From: a virus
Taxonomy: Duplodnaviria; Heunggongvirae; Uroviricota; Caudoviricetes
Reading direction: 5' to 3' (one strand)
Length of the DNA: 64,000 nt
Virus record (IMG/VR): IMGVR_UViG_2513237251_000009
A program made the translations under genes and the position numbers. Under the pieces are notes generated by a model. The model was given only the letters and a program-made list of their open reading frames with translations, was not told where the DNA came from and searched no databases. This document shows, in pieces, positions 44,000 to 54,657 of the stretch (the stretch's first letter is position 1; the number at the start of each line of letters is the position of its first letter).

Positions 44000-44209
44000 T
44001 TATAAGGAAACACCAGCAGGGCCGCGGCGACCAACAGAACGATTAAAATCAATAATGCCATTATAAAGGACATTATTTAATTTATCGTCGAATGCTGATT
44101 CTGTGAGCCTCAACTCTGAATGAGTTTTTAATAACCCTGATTGCCTGAGTTGATTTACCAGGCATTCAATCTGTTTTTCAATAAGCGGATTTCTTTTTTT
44201 GTTTGGCAT
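44000..44209 (-). CDS. Hypothetical 69-aa protein convergent with the 212-aa gene
   Basis: ATG 44209 preceded by GGAGG; stop codons of the two genes abut (TAATTA). Confidence 0.4.
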   Translation of the reverse strand: MPNKKRNPLIEKQIECLVNQLRQSGLLKTHSELRLTESAFDDKLNNVLYNGIIDFNRSVGRRGPAGVSL

Positions 44210-44546
44210 TTTATCCTCCATTGAGGTTCTGGGTTAAAAATGGAGACCAACACGCTGTCACGTGTGGTCGTGCGCCGGACACGGATAAGAATCCGGTACT
44301 GACAGTTTACTGAAAGGATATTTCCCTGAAAAGTCAGTGCATAACGCGAAAGCGTACGGCGAAGCTCTTTCCCTTAGAAGGCTTGTCGTTAGATTTCTTC
44401 GAACGTGCGCTTCCGGTTGTGGCACTCCGCGAAATGGCGCGGCGGTAAGTATGGCGGGGTTATTCCTTCCCCATTGAGGACACCGGGTTGTCAGGTTGAC
44501 CATACGCTTAAGTGACAACCCCGCTGCAACGCCCTCTGTTATCAAT

Positions 44547-44604
44547 TTTCTGGTGACGTTTGGCGGTATCAGTTTTACTCCGTGGCTGCTCTGCCGCCCT
44601 TTTT
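44547..44604 (+). ncRNA. dicF: DicF small RNA
   Basis: tttctggtgacgtttggcggtatcagttttactccgtggctgctctgccgcccttttt matches K-12 DicF as recalled, one substitution; ends in an intrinsic terminator. Confidence 0.75.
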
Positions 44605-44773
44605 AAAGTGAATTTTGTGATGCGGTGAATGCGGCTAAGCGCACGCGGAACAGTTAAAACCAAAAACAGTGTTATGGGTGGATTCTCTGTATCCGGCGTT
44701 AATTGTTAACTGGTTAACGTCACCTGGAGGCACCAGGCACTGCATCACAAAATTCATTGTTGAGGACGCGATA

Positions 44774-44962
44774 ATGGAAACGTTATTACCAAACGTTAAT
44801 ACGTCTGAAGGTTGTTTTGATATTGGTGTTCTGCTCAGTAACCGGGAGTTTACTGAAGATGCCATTAACATGAGGAAATATGAGCCTTATCTGCTCAATG
44901 ATAATTCCATACTTTCCCGAATTGCTCTTCTTGAACTTGGTATTTTCGGAGAACGTCAATGA
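44774..44962 (+). CDS. dicB: DicB-like cell-division inhibitor
   Basis: 62 aa from ATG 44774 (METLLPNVNTSEGCF...), SD gagga; directly downstream of dicF. Confidence 0.7.
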   Translation: METLLPNVNTSEGCFDIGVLLSNREFTEDAINMRKYEPYLLNDNSILSRIALLELGIFGERQ

Positions 44963-45147
44963 CTTCAGCATTTGCACTGATGATGACGGTTTTTCTTATA
45001 ACGGGTGAATCACAGAATGTGATTACCGGAATTTATGCCAGTAAAGAATCCTGCCTCCAGGCAAGAGACGAGCAAAAAATTTCTGGTGAATGCCTCCCGG
45101 TAAAAAAAGTATCGCTGTACCTGAATAACGAAACACCGGCTGGATAA
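44959..45147 (+). CDS. ydfD: YdfD-like small membrane/lysis protein
   Basis: 62 aa MTSAFALMMTVFLITGE..., resembles K-12 YdfD; 4-nt overlap with dicB. Confidence 0.65.
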   Translation: MTSAFALMMTVFLITGESQNVITGIYASKESCLQARDEQKISGECLPVKKVSLYLNNETPAG

Positions 45148-45239
45148 CCCTCCAGCCATATTAACACCATACCAACGGATTAAAAATGCCAGCAATGGCA
45201 GGGATTTGTTCACCCTTAAATCTGTAATGAGGTTTATCA

Positions 45240-46484
45240 ATGAGCACTGATAAAGAAGAATTTGCGCTATATTGCGAAGCAAAAAATGACAAAGTCAGAA
45301 AACGTCTGGGAATTAAAGGTGGTTTTTACTGGACTACAGCAAAAAAATTATCTGTTGCCATCTCCCGCTGCATTACCGCAATGGATGACAACGATTATGA
45401 TGAAGACGACTTTAAAAAACCCGTTCGCGTCCATTTACCCGTTGTGAATGACCTTCCACCTGAAGGCGTGTTTGATACCGAATTCTGCAACCGATACGAA
45501 AAAGGCGGGGAAGATGGCATTACAATGGTATTTATCGCGCCCTCTCCCTCCGTGCAGGAGAAACCAGCCAGTACTGACAATACCAACGTCAACGGCGAAG
45601 ACATGACGGAGATTGAGGAGAATATGCTCCTGCCGGTTTCTGGTCAGGAGCTGCCCATTCGCTGGCTTGCGCAACACGGCAGCGAAAAACCAGTAACGCA
45701 CGTTGCACGGGAAGAACTTCAGGCATTACATATAGCACGGGCGGAAGAACTGCCGGCTGTTACTGCCTTGGCCATTTCTCACAAAACAAAGCTGCTCGAC
45801 CCGCTGGAGATTCGCGACCTTCACAAACTGGTACGCGACACTGACAAAGTTTTCCCTAATCCCGGTAATTCAGACCTGGGACTGATAACTGCTTTTTTCG
45901 AGGCATACCTGGACGCTGACTACACTGATCGGGGTCTGCTGACAAAAGAGTGGATGAAAGGAAATCGTGTTTCGCGTATCACCCGTACGGCTTCCGGTGC
46001 AAATGCCGGTGGCGGGAACAAAACCGATCGCAATCCGAATTTAGTACACACCTTCGATACGCTGGATGTGGAGATTGCAGCAGCCACACTTCCGATGGAT
46101 TTTAATATTTATGAAATTCCGGGCAGCGTTTATCGTCGCGCAAAAGAAATCGTCCTGAAAAGAGAAAGTCCGTTCAAAGAATGGTCCGCAGCACTTCGCG
46201 CAACCCCGGGTATTCTGGACTATTCCCGCGCCGCTATTTTTGCACTTATCCGGAGCGCTCACCCTGAGTTTTATCACTACCCGGGACGCCTTCAGGGGTA
46301 TATCAACGCCTACTTAACGGAGACTGATCACGAGAACCCCAGCAAGGAAACTCTCACTGCTGCACGACATACACCGGAAAAAGATATCCTGGAAGAAGTT
46401 AACCGCGAACTGTCTGCTAAGCAGGAAACAGAAGAAGAAAATGATGAAGAAAAACCGCAACCATCTTGCGCAATGGCAGAATGA
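45240..46484 (+). CDS. Hypothetical 414-aa protein (YdfE-like position)
   Basis: Large ORF between ydfD and integrase fragment; acidic C-terminal tail; unknown function. Confidence 0.45.
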   Translation: MSTDKEEFALYCEAKNDKVRKRLGIKGGFYWTTAKKLSVAISRCITAMDDNDYDEDDFKKPVRVHLPVVNDLPPEGVFDTEFCNRYEKGGEDGITMVFIAPSPSVQEKPASTDNTNVNGEDMTEIEENMLLPVSGQELPIRWLAQHGSEKPVTHVAREELQALHIARAEELPAVTALAISHKTKLLDPLEIRDLHKLVRDTDKVFPNPGNSDLGLITAFFEAYLDADYTDRGLLTKEWMKGNRVSRITRTASGANAGGGNKTDRNPNLVHTFDTLDVEIAAATLPMDFNIYEIPGSVYRRAKEIVLKRESPFKEWSAALRATPGILDYSRAAIFALIRSAHPEFYHYPGRLQGYINAYLTETDHENPSKETLTAARHTPEKDILEEVNRELSAKQETEEENDEEKPQPSCAMAE

Positions 46485-47017
46485 TAATCAGAAGAAATCT
46501 GGCAAAAGACCGTTTTACAGTACCAAAAACACAGGCGGGAACCAATCGTGTGATTCACCTTATTAAGCCCGCAATCGACGCTCTCCGGAGTCAGATGGCA
46601 CTAACGAGACTGAGCAAAGAGCATATCATCGATGTTCACCTCAGAGAATTCGGCAGAACAGAGAAACAAAAATGTACCTTTGTTTTTCAACCTGAAGTGT
46701 CAGCGAAAGTAAAAAATTATGGCGACCATTTTACCGTTGACTCAATAAGGCAGATGTGGGACGCAGCGGTAAAGCGTGCCGGAATCCGCCATCGCAAATC
46801 GTATCAGTCGAGACACACTTATGCCTGCTGGTCGTTAACAGCAGGAGCTAACCCGGCATTCATTGCAAACCAGATGGGCCATGCAGATGCGCAAATGGTG
46901 TTTCAGGTGTACGGGAAATGGATGTCAGAAAATAATAATGCGCAGGTAACGCTGTTAAATACACAGTTAAGCGAGTTTGCCCCAACCATGCCCCATAACG
47001 AAGCGATGAAAAGTTAA
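46466..47017 (+). pseudogene. int: Tyrosine integrase, C-terminal catalytic fragment only
   Basis: 183 aa with catalytic-domain pattern (RHTYACW...HADAQMVFQVYGKW); N-terminal about 200 aa absent, overlapped by upstream ORF. Confidence 0.65.
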
Positions 47018-47054
47018 TTTTTTATTTATCAATTAGTTAGATTGAATGACTCTT

Positions 47055-47337
47055 GAAATCCATAATTCATAGATGTTTTTTACTATTCTGTGGGTTTTTG
47101 GGTGTTTTCTAAGTTTTTTCAGATGGTTGTATTTTTTCTAAAAATCCCTAATCTCGATTTTGCTGTTTATTTGAGGCCTTTTTATGTCCCATATATGCCC
47201 CACAGATACCCCGCAGCCAAAATCAACAAAATGCCAAAAGGTTCTGTTCCTGCCCTGCAACAAGAAATGCTGCGACGTGTCAGTAAACGTTATGACGATG
47301 TAGAAGTGATCATCAAATCCACCAGCAACGATGGCCT
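47055..47337. repeat. Direct repeat copy 2, first part (continues 48651..48765 after IS629)
   Basis: Matches 1276..1558; junction between prophage A int end and prophage B. Confidence 0.7.
47231..47337 (+). pseudogene. ydfK: Second ydfK copy interrupted by IS629 (3-prime part at 48651..48750)
   Basis: Same sequence as 1452..1558 then IS629 left end. Confidence 0.6.
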
Positions 47338-47379
47338 TGAACCGCCCCGGTTTTCCTGGAGAGTGTTTTATCTGTGAAC

Positions 47380-48270
47380 TCAGGCTGCCAGATCATCGTT
47401 TCCGATGGAAGCATAATAAGCTTTTTCTGCTTCTGCCGGAGGAGTATGGCCCAGCCTTCCCAGCAATCGTCGATTGTTATACCAGTCCACCCACGTTAGT
47501 GTGGCCAGTTCCACTTCTGCACGGTTTTTCCAGCTCTTACGGTGTATTACCTCCGCTTTGTAAAGACCATTGATGCTCTCAGCCATCGCGTTGTCATACG
47601 AGTCGCCTGTACTCCCTGTTGATGCCAGTAATCCGGCTTCTTTTAGTCGCTCCGTATAGGCCAGTGACACATACTGAGAGCCTTTATCGCTGTGATGGAT
47701 GGTGCCAGACGGACGACGGGCCCACAACGCCTGCTCCAGCGCATCCAGCACGAATGTCGTTTCCATAGACGATGAGACCCGCCACCCCACGATGTATCCG
47801 GCAAACACATCAATGATAAACGCCACATAGACGAAGCCCTGCCATGTGCTGACGTAAGTAAAATCAGCCACCCACAGCTGGTCAGGTCGTTCTGCCACGA
47901 ACTGACGGTTTACGCGGTCGCCTGCGGCAACGGCTTTCCGGCTGATGGTCGTACGGACCTTTTTACCCCGGAGAACACCGGCAAGTCCCATAACCGCCAT
48001 GAGACGTGCCACTGTACATCTGGCCACCCTGATTCCTTCCCGTAACAACTGACGCCAGACTTTACGCACACCGTACACCTGATGATTTTCATCGTATACG
48101 CGCTGTATCTCTCTCTTCAGCCAGTCGTCGTGCTGCGCACGGGCACTGCGTTTATCCGGATGATGTCGCTGTTGCTGACAATGGTAATACGTTGACGGGG
48201 CAATATGCAGTTCGCTGCATACCGGTCCGACCCCGTACTGCTCACGCAGCTTATCCAGCAGTGGCATCAT
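47380..48270 (-). CDS. IS629 transposase OrfB (DDE integrase domain)
   Basis: 296-aa IS3-family orfB. Confidence 0.85.
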   Translation of the reverse strand: MMPLLDKLREQYGVGPVCSELHIAPSTYYHCQQQRHHPDKRSARAQHDDWLKREIQRVYDENHQVYGVRKVWRQLLREGIRVARCTVARLMAVMGLAGVLRGKKVRTTISRKAVAAGDRVNRQFVAERPDQLWVADFTYVSTWQGFVYVAFIIDVFAGYIVGWRVSSSMETTFVLDALEQALWARRPSGTIHHSDKGSQYVSLAYTERLKEAGLLASTGSTGDSYDNAMAESINGLYKAEVIHRKSWKNRAEVELATLTWVDWYNNRRLLGRLGHTPPAEAEKAYYASIGNDDLAA

Positions 48271-48593
48271 TTTTTCCAGAGGCGGTCGAACTCCGCCTTC
48301 GCAAAATAAGCGGAAGCCTGGCGAAGGATATCGTTACTGCGGCGCAGTTCACGATTTTCACGTTCCAGCTCTTTCAGACGCTGACGTTCAGCGCTGGTGA
48401 GCCCACCATCACCGCCCCCGGTATCCCGCTCATGCTGGCGAACCCAGACACGCAGAGTCTCCGGCGTACAGCCAATCTTTGGGGCAATGGAACAAATTGC
48501 CGCCCACTGTGAGTCATATTCATCCTGACTTTCCAGAACCATACGAATCGCCCGCTGACGGACTTCGGGGGAAAAACGAGTATTTTTAGTCAT
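48267..48593 (-). CDS. IS629 OrfA (HTH)
   Basis: 108-aa IS3-family orfA, overlaps orfB. Confidence 0.85.
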   Translation of the reverse strand: MTKNTRFSPEVRQRAIRMVLESQDEYDSQWAAICSIAPKIGCTPETLRVWVRQHERDTGGGDGGLTSAERQRLKELERENRELRRSNDILRQASAYFAKAEFDRLWKK

Positions 48594-48799
48594 CCTGTTT
48601 ACCTCTTTCTCAGGGAGTTTAGTCTCCAGGATTTCCGGGGCGGTTCACCTTTCAGTTACTCGCACCGCCGATAAAGATTCTGCAAAAACTTTTGTTCAGG
48701 AGACGCTGAAAGATACCTGGGAGTCTGCTGACGAGTGGTTTGTTCGCTAATTAACGAGTAAAATCGACCCTGTACACGATTCTGTGTAAATGCCTTTTC

Positions 48800-49620
48800 T
48801 CAGAAGTGACCGTCCAGGCGGTCACCGAACTCGATAATAAAGCGGCTCATTGCCATACGCCAGTCCCGCAGTGGCATCGTCCATTTCTGTGAAGCCGCCT
48901 GGATTGCCAGCCACACGACCTTTTTCACTGAGTCATCCGTCGGGAACACCTTGCGTTTTTTGATGGCATGCCGGATTACGCTGTTCAGCGACTCGATGGC
49001 GTTGGTTGTGTAGATGACTTTGCGGATATCTGCCGGGTAAGCGAAGAACATCGCCAGGTTGGTCCAGTTTGCCTGCCAGCTCCGGCTTATCTGCGGGTAG
49101 CGACTGTCCCAGGCGCTGGCGAACGCTTCCAGCGCCTGCTGGCCTGCTTCTTCTGTGGGGGCCTGGTAGATGGCTTTCAGGTCGCGGGTGACGGCTTTGT
49201 AGTCCTTCCAGGAAACGAACCGCAGGCTGTTGCGCACCATATGCACGATGCACAGCTGGATGCGGGCTTCCGGATACACCGTGTTGATAGCGTCCGGGAA
49301 GCCTTTCAGCCCGTCGACACAGGCTATGAGAATATCGTTCAGGCCGCGGTTTTTTAGTTCAGTCAGCACATTGAGCCAGAACTTCGCTCCCTCGTTTTCG
49401 GCCAGCCACATACCCAGTAACTCTTTCTGGCCTTCGATATTGATACCCAGTGCGAGGAATACGGATTTATTGATTACGCGACTGTCCTGCCGAACCTTCA
49501 GGACAATACAGTCAAGATAAACAATGGGATAGACCGCATCCAGTGGCCGGTTTTGCCATTCGACTACCTGCTCCATAACGGCATCGGTGACCTTCGATAC
49601 CAGCGCCGGTGAGACATCAG
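48800..49620 (-). pseudogene. IS256-family transposase, C-terminal part
   Basis: Mutator/IS256-type sequence; reading frame runs into IS66 end. Confidence 0.6.
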
Positions 49621-49712
49621 GTAAGCGTACAGCCTGAACCGTCTGGTCAGAATCTGACGAATTAGACAAAGTGGTGTCCACCAAATAAGTAGTGGGAACC
49701 AAAGTATCAGAT

Positions 49713-50093
49713 ATGCAGAAAAATGTGACTCCCGGCAGGCGAAAAGGCTGCCCTAATTATCCTCCCGAATTTAAACAGCAGCTCGTTGCTGCCTCCTGTG
49801 AACCCGGGATATCCATCTCAAAACTTGCTCTTGAAAATGGCATTAACGCAAATCTGTTGTTCAAATGGCGACAACAATGGCGCGAGGGAAAGCTGCTATT
49901 ACCTTCTTCAGAGAGCCCCCAGCTACTTCCTGTGACTCTCGATGCAGCTGCCGAACAGCCAGAATCGCTCGCAGAGGACCCGGAAACCCTCAGTATCAGC
50001 TGTGAGGTAACGTTCCGGCACGGGACGCTCCGCTTCAATGGCAATGTCAGCGAAAAGCTCCTGACTCTGCTGATACAGGAACTGAAGCGATGA
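49713..50093 (+). CDS. IS66-family accessory protein (orf1/TnpA)
   Basis: 126 aa from ATG 49713. Confidence 0.7.
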   Translation: MQKNVTPGRRKGCPNYPPEFKQQLVAASCEPGISISKLALENGINANLLFKWRQQWREGKLLLPSSESPQLLPVTLDAAAEQPESLAEDPETLSISCEVTFRHGTLRFNGNVSEKLLTLLIQELKR

Positions 50094-50437
50094 TCCCGTT
50101 ACCTTCCGGGACCAAAATTTGGCTGGTTGCCGGTATCACCGATATGAGAAATGGCTTCAACGGCCTGGCTGCGAAAGTACAAACGGCGCTGAAAGACGAT
50201 CCCATGTCCGGCCATGTTTTCATTTTCCGGGGCCGCAGCGGCAGTCAGGTTAAACTGCTGTGGTCCACCGGTGACGGACTGTGCCTCCTGACCAAACGGC
50301 TGGAGCGTGGGCGCTTCGCCTGGCCGTCAGCCCGTGATGGCAAAGTGTTCCTTACGCAGGCGCAGCTGGCGATGCTGCTGGAAGGTATCGACTGGCGACA
50401 GCCTAAGCGGCTGCTGACCTCCCTGACCATGCTGTAA
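50090..50437 (+). CDS. IS66-family accessory protein (orf2/TnpB)
   Basis: 115 aa, 4-nt overlap with orf1. Confidence 0.8.
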   Translation: MIPLPSGTKIWLVAGITDMRNGFNGLAAKVQTALKDDPMSGHVFIFRGRSGSQVKLLWSTGDGLCLLTKRLERGRFAWPSARDGKVFLTQAQLAMLLEGIDWRQPKRLLTSLTML

Positions 50438-50486
50438 ATCTCTTTATCCTGGTTGTCACAGAATAAGCCCGGTAAAATACGGGCTT

Positions 50487-52025
50487 ATGAACGACATCTC
50501 TTCTGACGACATCTTCCTGCTGAAACAGCGCCTGGCCGAACAGGAAGCGCTGATCCACGCCCTGCAGGAAAAGCTGAGCAACCGGGAGCGCGAAATAGAC
50601 CATCTGCAGGCGCAGCTGGATAAACTCCGCCGGATGAACTTCGGCAGTCGTTCCGAAAAAGTCTCCCGCCGTATCGCACAAATGGAAGCCGATCTGAACC
50701 GGCTTCAGAAAGAGAGCGATACGCTGACTGGTAGGGTGTATGACCCGGCAGTACAGCGTCCGTTGCGTCAGACCCGCACCCGTAAGCCGTTCCCTGAATC
50801 ACTACCCCGTGACGAAAAGCGACTGTTGCCTGCGGCGCCGTGCTGCCCGAACTGCGGCGGTTCACTGAGCTATCTGGGCGAGGATACCGCCGAACAGCTG
50901 GAGTTGATGCGTAGCGCCTTCCGGGTTATCCGGACGGTACGGGAAAAACATGCCTGTACTCAGTGCGATGCCATCGTGCAGGCACCTGCACCTTCGCGGC
51001 CCATCGAGCGGGGTATCGCCGGACCGGGGCTGCTGGCCCGCGTGCTGACCTCGAAGTATGCAGAGCACACCCCGCTGTATCGCCAGTCAGAAATATACGG
51101 CCGGCAAGGTGTGGAGCTGAGGCGTTCACTGCTGTCGGGCTGGGTGGATGCATGCTGCCGGCTGCTGTCTCCGCTGGAAGAGGCGCTTCATGGCTATGTC
51201 ATGACTGACGGCAAACTCCATGCCGATGATACCCCGGTCCAGGTACTGCTGCCGGGTAATAAGAAGACGAAGACCGGGCGGTTGTGGGCGTATGTTCGTG
51301 ATGACCGCAATGCAGGGTCAGCGTTGGCACCTGCAGTGTGGTTCGCTTACAGCCCGGACAGAAAAGGCATCCATCCGCAGACTCATCTTGCCTGCTTCAG
51401 CGGTGTGCTGCAAGCGGATGCGTACGCCGGGTTCAACGAGCTGTATCGCAATGGTGGGATAACGGAAGCTGCCTGCTGGGCTCATGCCCGCCGAAAGATC
51501 CACGATGTGCACGTCCGCATCCCGTCAGCACTGACGGAAGAAGCCCTGGAGCAGATCGGTCAGTTGTACGCCATAGAGGCGGATATAAGGGGAATGCCGG
51601 CAGAGCAGCGGCTTGCTGAACGTCAGCGAAAAACGAAACCGTTGTTGAAATCCCTGGAAAGCTGGTTGCGTGAAAAGATGAAGACCCTGTCGCGACACTC
51701 AGAGTTGGCGAAGGCGTTCGCGTACGCACTTAACCAGTGGCCGGCACTGACGTACTATGCGAACGATGGCTGGGTGGAAATCGACAACAACATCGCTGAA
51801 AATGCCCTGCGGGCGGTCAGTCTGGGTCGTAAAAACTTCCTGTTCTTCGGCTCTGATCATGGTGGTGAGCGGGGAGCGCTACTGTACAGCCTGATCGGGA
51901 CGTGCAAACTGAATGACGTGGATCCAGAAAGCTACCTTCGCCATGTGCTTGGCGTCATAGCAGACTGGCCGGTCAACCGGGTCAGCGAACTGCTTCCGTG
52001 GCGCATAGCACTGCCAGCTGAATAA
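50487..52025 (+). CDS. IS66-family transposase (orf3/TnpC)
   Basis: 512 aa, N-terminal coiled-coil/leucine zipper, CxxC zinc-finger, DDE region. Confidence 0.85.
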   Translation: MNDISSDDIFLLKQRLAEQEALIHALQEKLSNREREIDHLQAQLDKLRRMNFGSRSEKVSRRIAQMEADLNRLQKESDTLTGRVYDPAVQRPLRQTRTRKPFPESLPRDEKRLLPAAPCCPNCGGSLSYLGEDTAEQLELMRSAFRVIRTVREKHACTQCDAIVQAPAPSRPIERGIAGPGLLARVLTSKYAEHTPLYRQSEIYGRQGVELRRSLLSGWVDACCRLLSPLEEALHGYVMTDGKLHADDTPVQVLLPGNKKTKTGRLWAYVRDDRNAGSALAPAVWFAYSPDRKGIHPQTHLACFSGVLQADAYAGFNELYRNGGITEAACWAHARRKIHDVHVRIPSALTEEALEQIGQLYAIEADIRGMPAEQRLAERQRKTKPLLKSLESWLREKMKTLSRHSELAKAFAYALNQWPALTYYANDGWVEIDNNIAENALRAVSLGRKNFLFFGSDHGGERGALLYSLIGTCKLNDVDPESYLRHVLGVIADWPVNRVSELLPWRIALPAE

Positions 52026-52062
52026 CACATCCCCGTCAATACGGCCCTCGCTGTACGCTTAC

Positions 52063-52458
52063 GACATCAGCGTCATACAGCTCTTTAAACGCAGCCGCTA
52101 TTTCGCGGGTTGTCAGGCCTTTGGCGTACAACGACAGGATCTGGTTATCCATCCCGGTGATCCGGGTCTGGTTTTTCTTCACAAGTTGCGGTTCAAAAGA
52201 GCCATCACGATCGCGCGGAGTGCGTAGTTCCAGGTGGCCATCACCGGTGATAACGGTCTTTGTGGAATAGCCATTGCGGGAGTTGGCACCCGGTTTAGGC
52301 TGGTTTTTATCGTAGCCCAGATGGTGGGACATTTCAGCGTTGAGAGCTGCCTCAACGCTGATTTTCTTCAGCAGGCGATCGAACTGGCTGAGATCTTCAG
52401 GGGTTTTGAGATTTTTGGCCAGTTCGTTAGCCAGAGCCTGCAACTGTTTTTCGTCCAT
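52063..52458 (-). pseudogene. IS256-family transposase, N-terminal part
   Basis: MDEKQLQALANEL... typical IS256-family N-terminus; truncated at IS66 insertion. Confidence 0.6.
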
Positions 52459-52607
52459 AAATTAACCTGCTTTTGATGTTGGATTGAACATATCAAAATC
52501 AGGCAATTACACAAATCTATGTACAGGCTCCTCAGTAAATATCAATACGGTTCTGGCGAGCCGCTTACGATGCATGAGAATCACTAATAGTATGTAATTA
52601 TTACATT

Positions 52608-53276
52608 TTATTTACAATGCTGTTTCTGTTGGTCTGCATCCATAATTATGAAATGCTGACTTATGGTGTCAAAATAACACATATTCCTTTCAATAATCAT
52701 TTCTTTTACTATCTTTTCCCTGCTGAGAGGGTGGGGTAGATGTTCTCTTGTGAGATTCATGAACGCAGACTTATCATAAAGAGTGCATATGTTGGAGTTC
52801 AGTGCATTCTTGACAAAAACCCCTTTTTCTGGAACGCATAATGTTATTGGGCACTTAAGAAATTGTGTGTCGCAAGAGAATTCATCAGGATTTACAACAA
52901 ATGAATGAGAATGGATTTTATTTTTAAGGGCGTTTTCGGCCCCTTTTTTCCATCCTATATTTGAAGATAATTGAAGCATAAAATCCTGAGATATTTGTGC
53001 AAAACTTCGTCCGTTGTTGATCTGCTGTTCCAGGTTGCGAGCAATAGTGTTTTGTCTCGCCATAAATATGGAGAAATGATTACTGCATACAGGATTTACT
53101 GTAAAACCATTGACTGATTCGATATAACGGATATCCATTTTATAACGTTCTTTTATGATTACAGTATCATTTTGATTTTGCTGCACAATATAACGTAAAG
53201 ATGCTAGCTCATTCTCAGGTAAGATACTTCCTGCTGTGAAGTTTAAAAATATAGGCATGTTTTTTCTGTAATACAA
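52608..53276 (-). CDS. nleG: NleG-family type III secreted effector
   Basis: CPITLCVPEKGVFVKNA...PHPLSREKI motif; start uncertain (53258 or 53276). Confidence 0.7.
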   Translation of the reverse strand: MYYRKNMPIFLNFTAGSILPENELASLRYIVQQNQNDTVIIKERYKMDIRYIESVNGFTVNPVCSNHFSIFMARQNTIARNLEQQINNGRSFAQISQDFMLQLSSNIGWKKGAENALKNKIHSHSFVVNPDEFSCDTQFLKCPITLCVPEKGVFVKNALNSNICTLYDKSAFMNLTREHLPHPLSREKIVKEMIIERNMCYFDTISQHFIIMDADQQKQHCK

Positions 53277-53968
53277 GTCGATTGTTTGTGATTTCGCGCT
53301 GTAGGTATATTATCATTCATATTTAACTTCCTAAAGTATGACCTCGTAGGGAGATAAATGCAATACTTAAAGGTAGATTGAAATGATAAATTAGCGCTTG
53401 GTAAATCCAGAATTTCATAAAGAGAGAGGTGGTGTTTTTTCATAGCGCTGAGATGTAAGTTGCAACATGTATTATATGCAAGAGAATAGGGAGTACTGGA
53501 TACATTAACTCTATGTAATCCATTCAAGATATTAATGCAATTGAAATAAATAAGAAACTCTAACTCTCTCCCCTCCCAGGAGAAATCCACCAATCTGCCC
53601 TTCCATTACCTGCTGACGCATCTCCGCCATCTCATTCGCGAATGAAGTCGATGATATATATGATACTAATCCAGGCATTACCATATTCCTTCATACAGAT
53701 AAATATTTCCTCTGGGCTTCATAACAAACATCTCCCTGACATGACAACAAAAACCGGAGCCGGACTCCGGTTTTTGTGAATCCGTCGGCTATTTCATCCC
53801 GCCAATATTTCCCCGTCAGCACGCCAGATTTGCAGCGGCCTCACCACTCACTGTATATGCTTTTTAGCTGCATCCAGTACACCAATTACCACATCCTTAT
53901 ACCCTGAACATCTGTAGCATTTCATATAAGCAACTGGCAGTTAACATATAGCTTGGGTAATATTTATT

Positions 53969-54545
53969 TCACTTATCCTTTATGACAAAGTTTCCTTTGG
54001 TTTGGTCATAAATACATTGTTCTTGACTTACAATCATTGATGACGTTATTGGTTCTCGTGTTAGCGGGTGCTTCCCACCGTCGCGAACCAAATGAGAAAA
54101 AGAAACCGAATCAAATAAGGTACAAACCAAAGAACCTTCTGAATTTTTAACAAACACACCTTCTTCTGGTTTATCCAGTATAATTGGGCATCGAACCGCC
54201 TCGGATGGACACTGAAGGCTCTCCGTATTAACAGAAAACTTACATTGTGATATTTTCCCCTCAATATCACCATGTGATTGTGTGTTACCTGAACCTGAAA
54301 CCATTCTTAACATTATATCCCTGAGCGCTTCAGGACCACCATTAAGCCCTGTAAGTAATAATCCAGAAAGCAAACTGTTATTGCCCCCACTCGCCAGAAA
54401 GCGACCATCCGTTTCACTATATGTGATACGGACCGTCTGCCCGCCTACTGTAATTTCTCCACCGCCACTGGCGGCCATTTGAGCACGAAGAACCTGCATT
54501 CAGGTGGAAAATGAATTGGATGCAATAGCTGATGTTAACGGCATG
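53969..54545 (-). pseudogene. nleG: NleG-family effector with N-terminal frameshift
   Basis: Paralogue of 3245..3820; MPLTSAIASNSFST then stop, rest in another frame. Confidence 0.55.
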
Positions 54546-54657
54546 ACAAAACTCCCTATTTAAATATTCATTCCAAACACAGGGAGTCATAACAAACAGC
54601 CCCCATACATGACAACAAAAACCGGAGCCGGACTCCGGTTTTTGTGAAGCTGTCGGG

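Larger units (their letters stand above)
47338..48647 (-). mobile_element. IS629 (IS3 family), 1310 bp, 3-bp target duplication CCT
   Basis: Ends TGAACCGCCCCGG...CCGGGGCGGTTCA; CCT at 47335..47337 and 48648..48650; orfA/orfB inside. Confidence 0.85.
49621..52062 (+). mobile_element. IS66-family element (ISEc8-like), 2442 bp, 8-bp target duplication GACATCAG
   Basis: Ends GTAAGCGTACAGC...GCTGTACGCTTAC; GACATCAG at 49613..49620 and 52063..52070; three ORFs. Confidence 0.8.
48766..52531 (-). mobile_element. IS256-family element disrupted by IS66-family insertion
   Basis: Imperfect about 26-bp terminal inverted repeats (cctgtaca...tgtgtaa.tgcc) at both ends; transposase split into 48800..49620 and 52063..52458. 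Confidence 0.55.

Noticed and set aside
44258-44545. 95-aa minus-strand ORF upstream of dicF
   Set aside because: Lies in the dicF precursor/leader region, no SD, composition not protein-like.
53243-53593. 116-aa minus-strand ORF between the two prophage B nleG genes
   Set aside because: AT-rich intergenic text with terminator and tail-gene remnant; no SD; likely non-coding.
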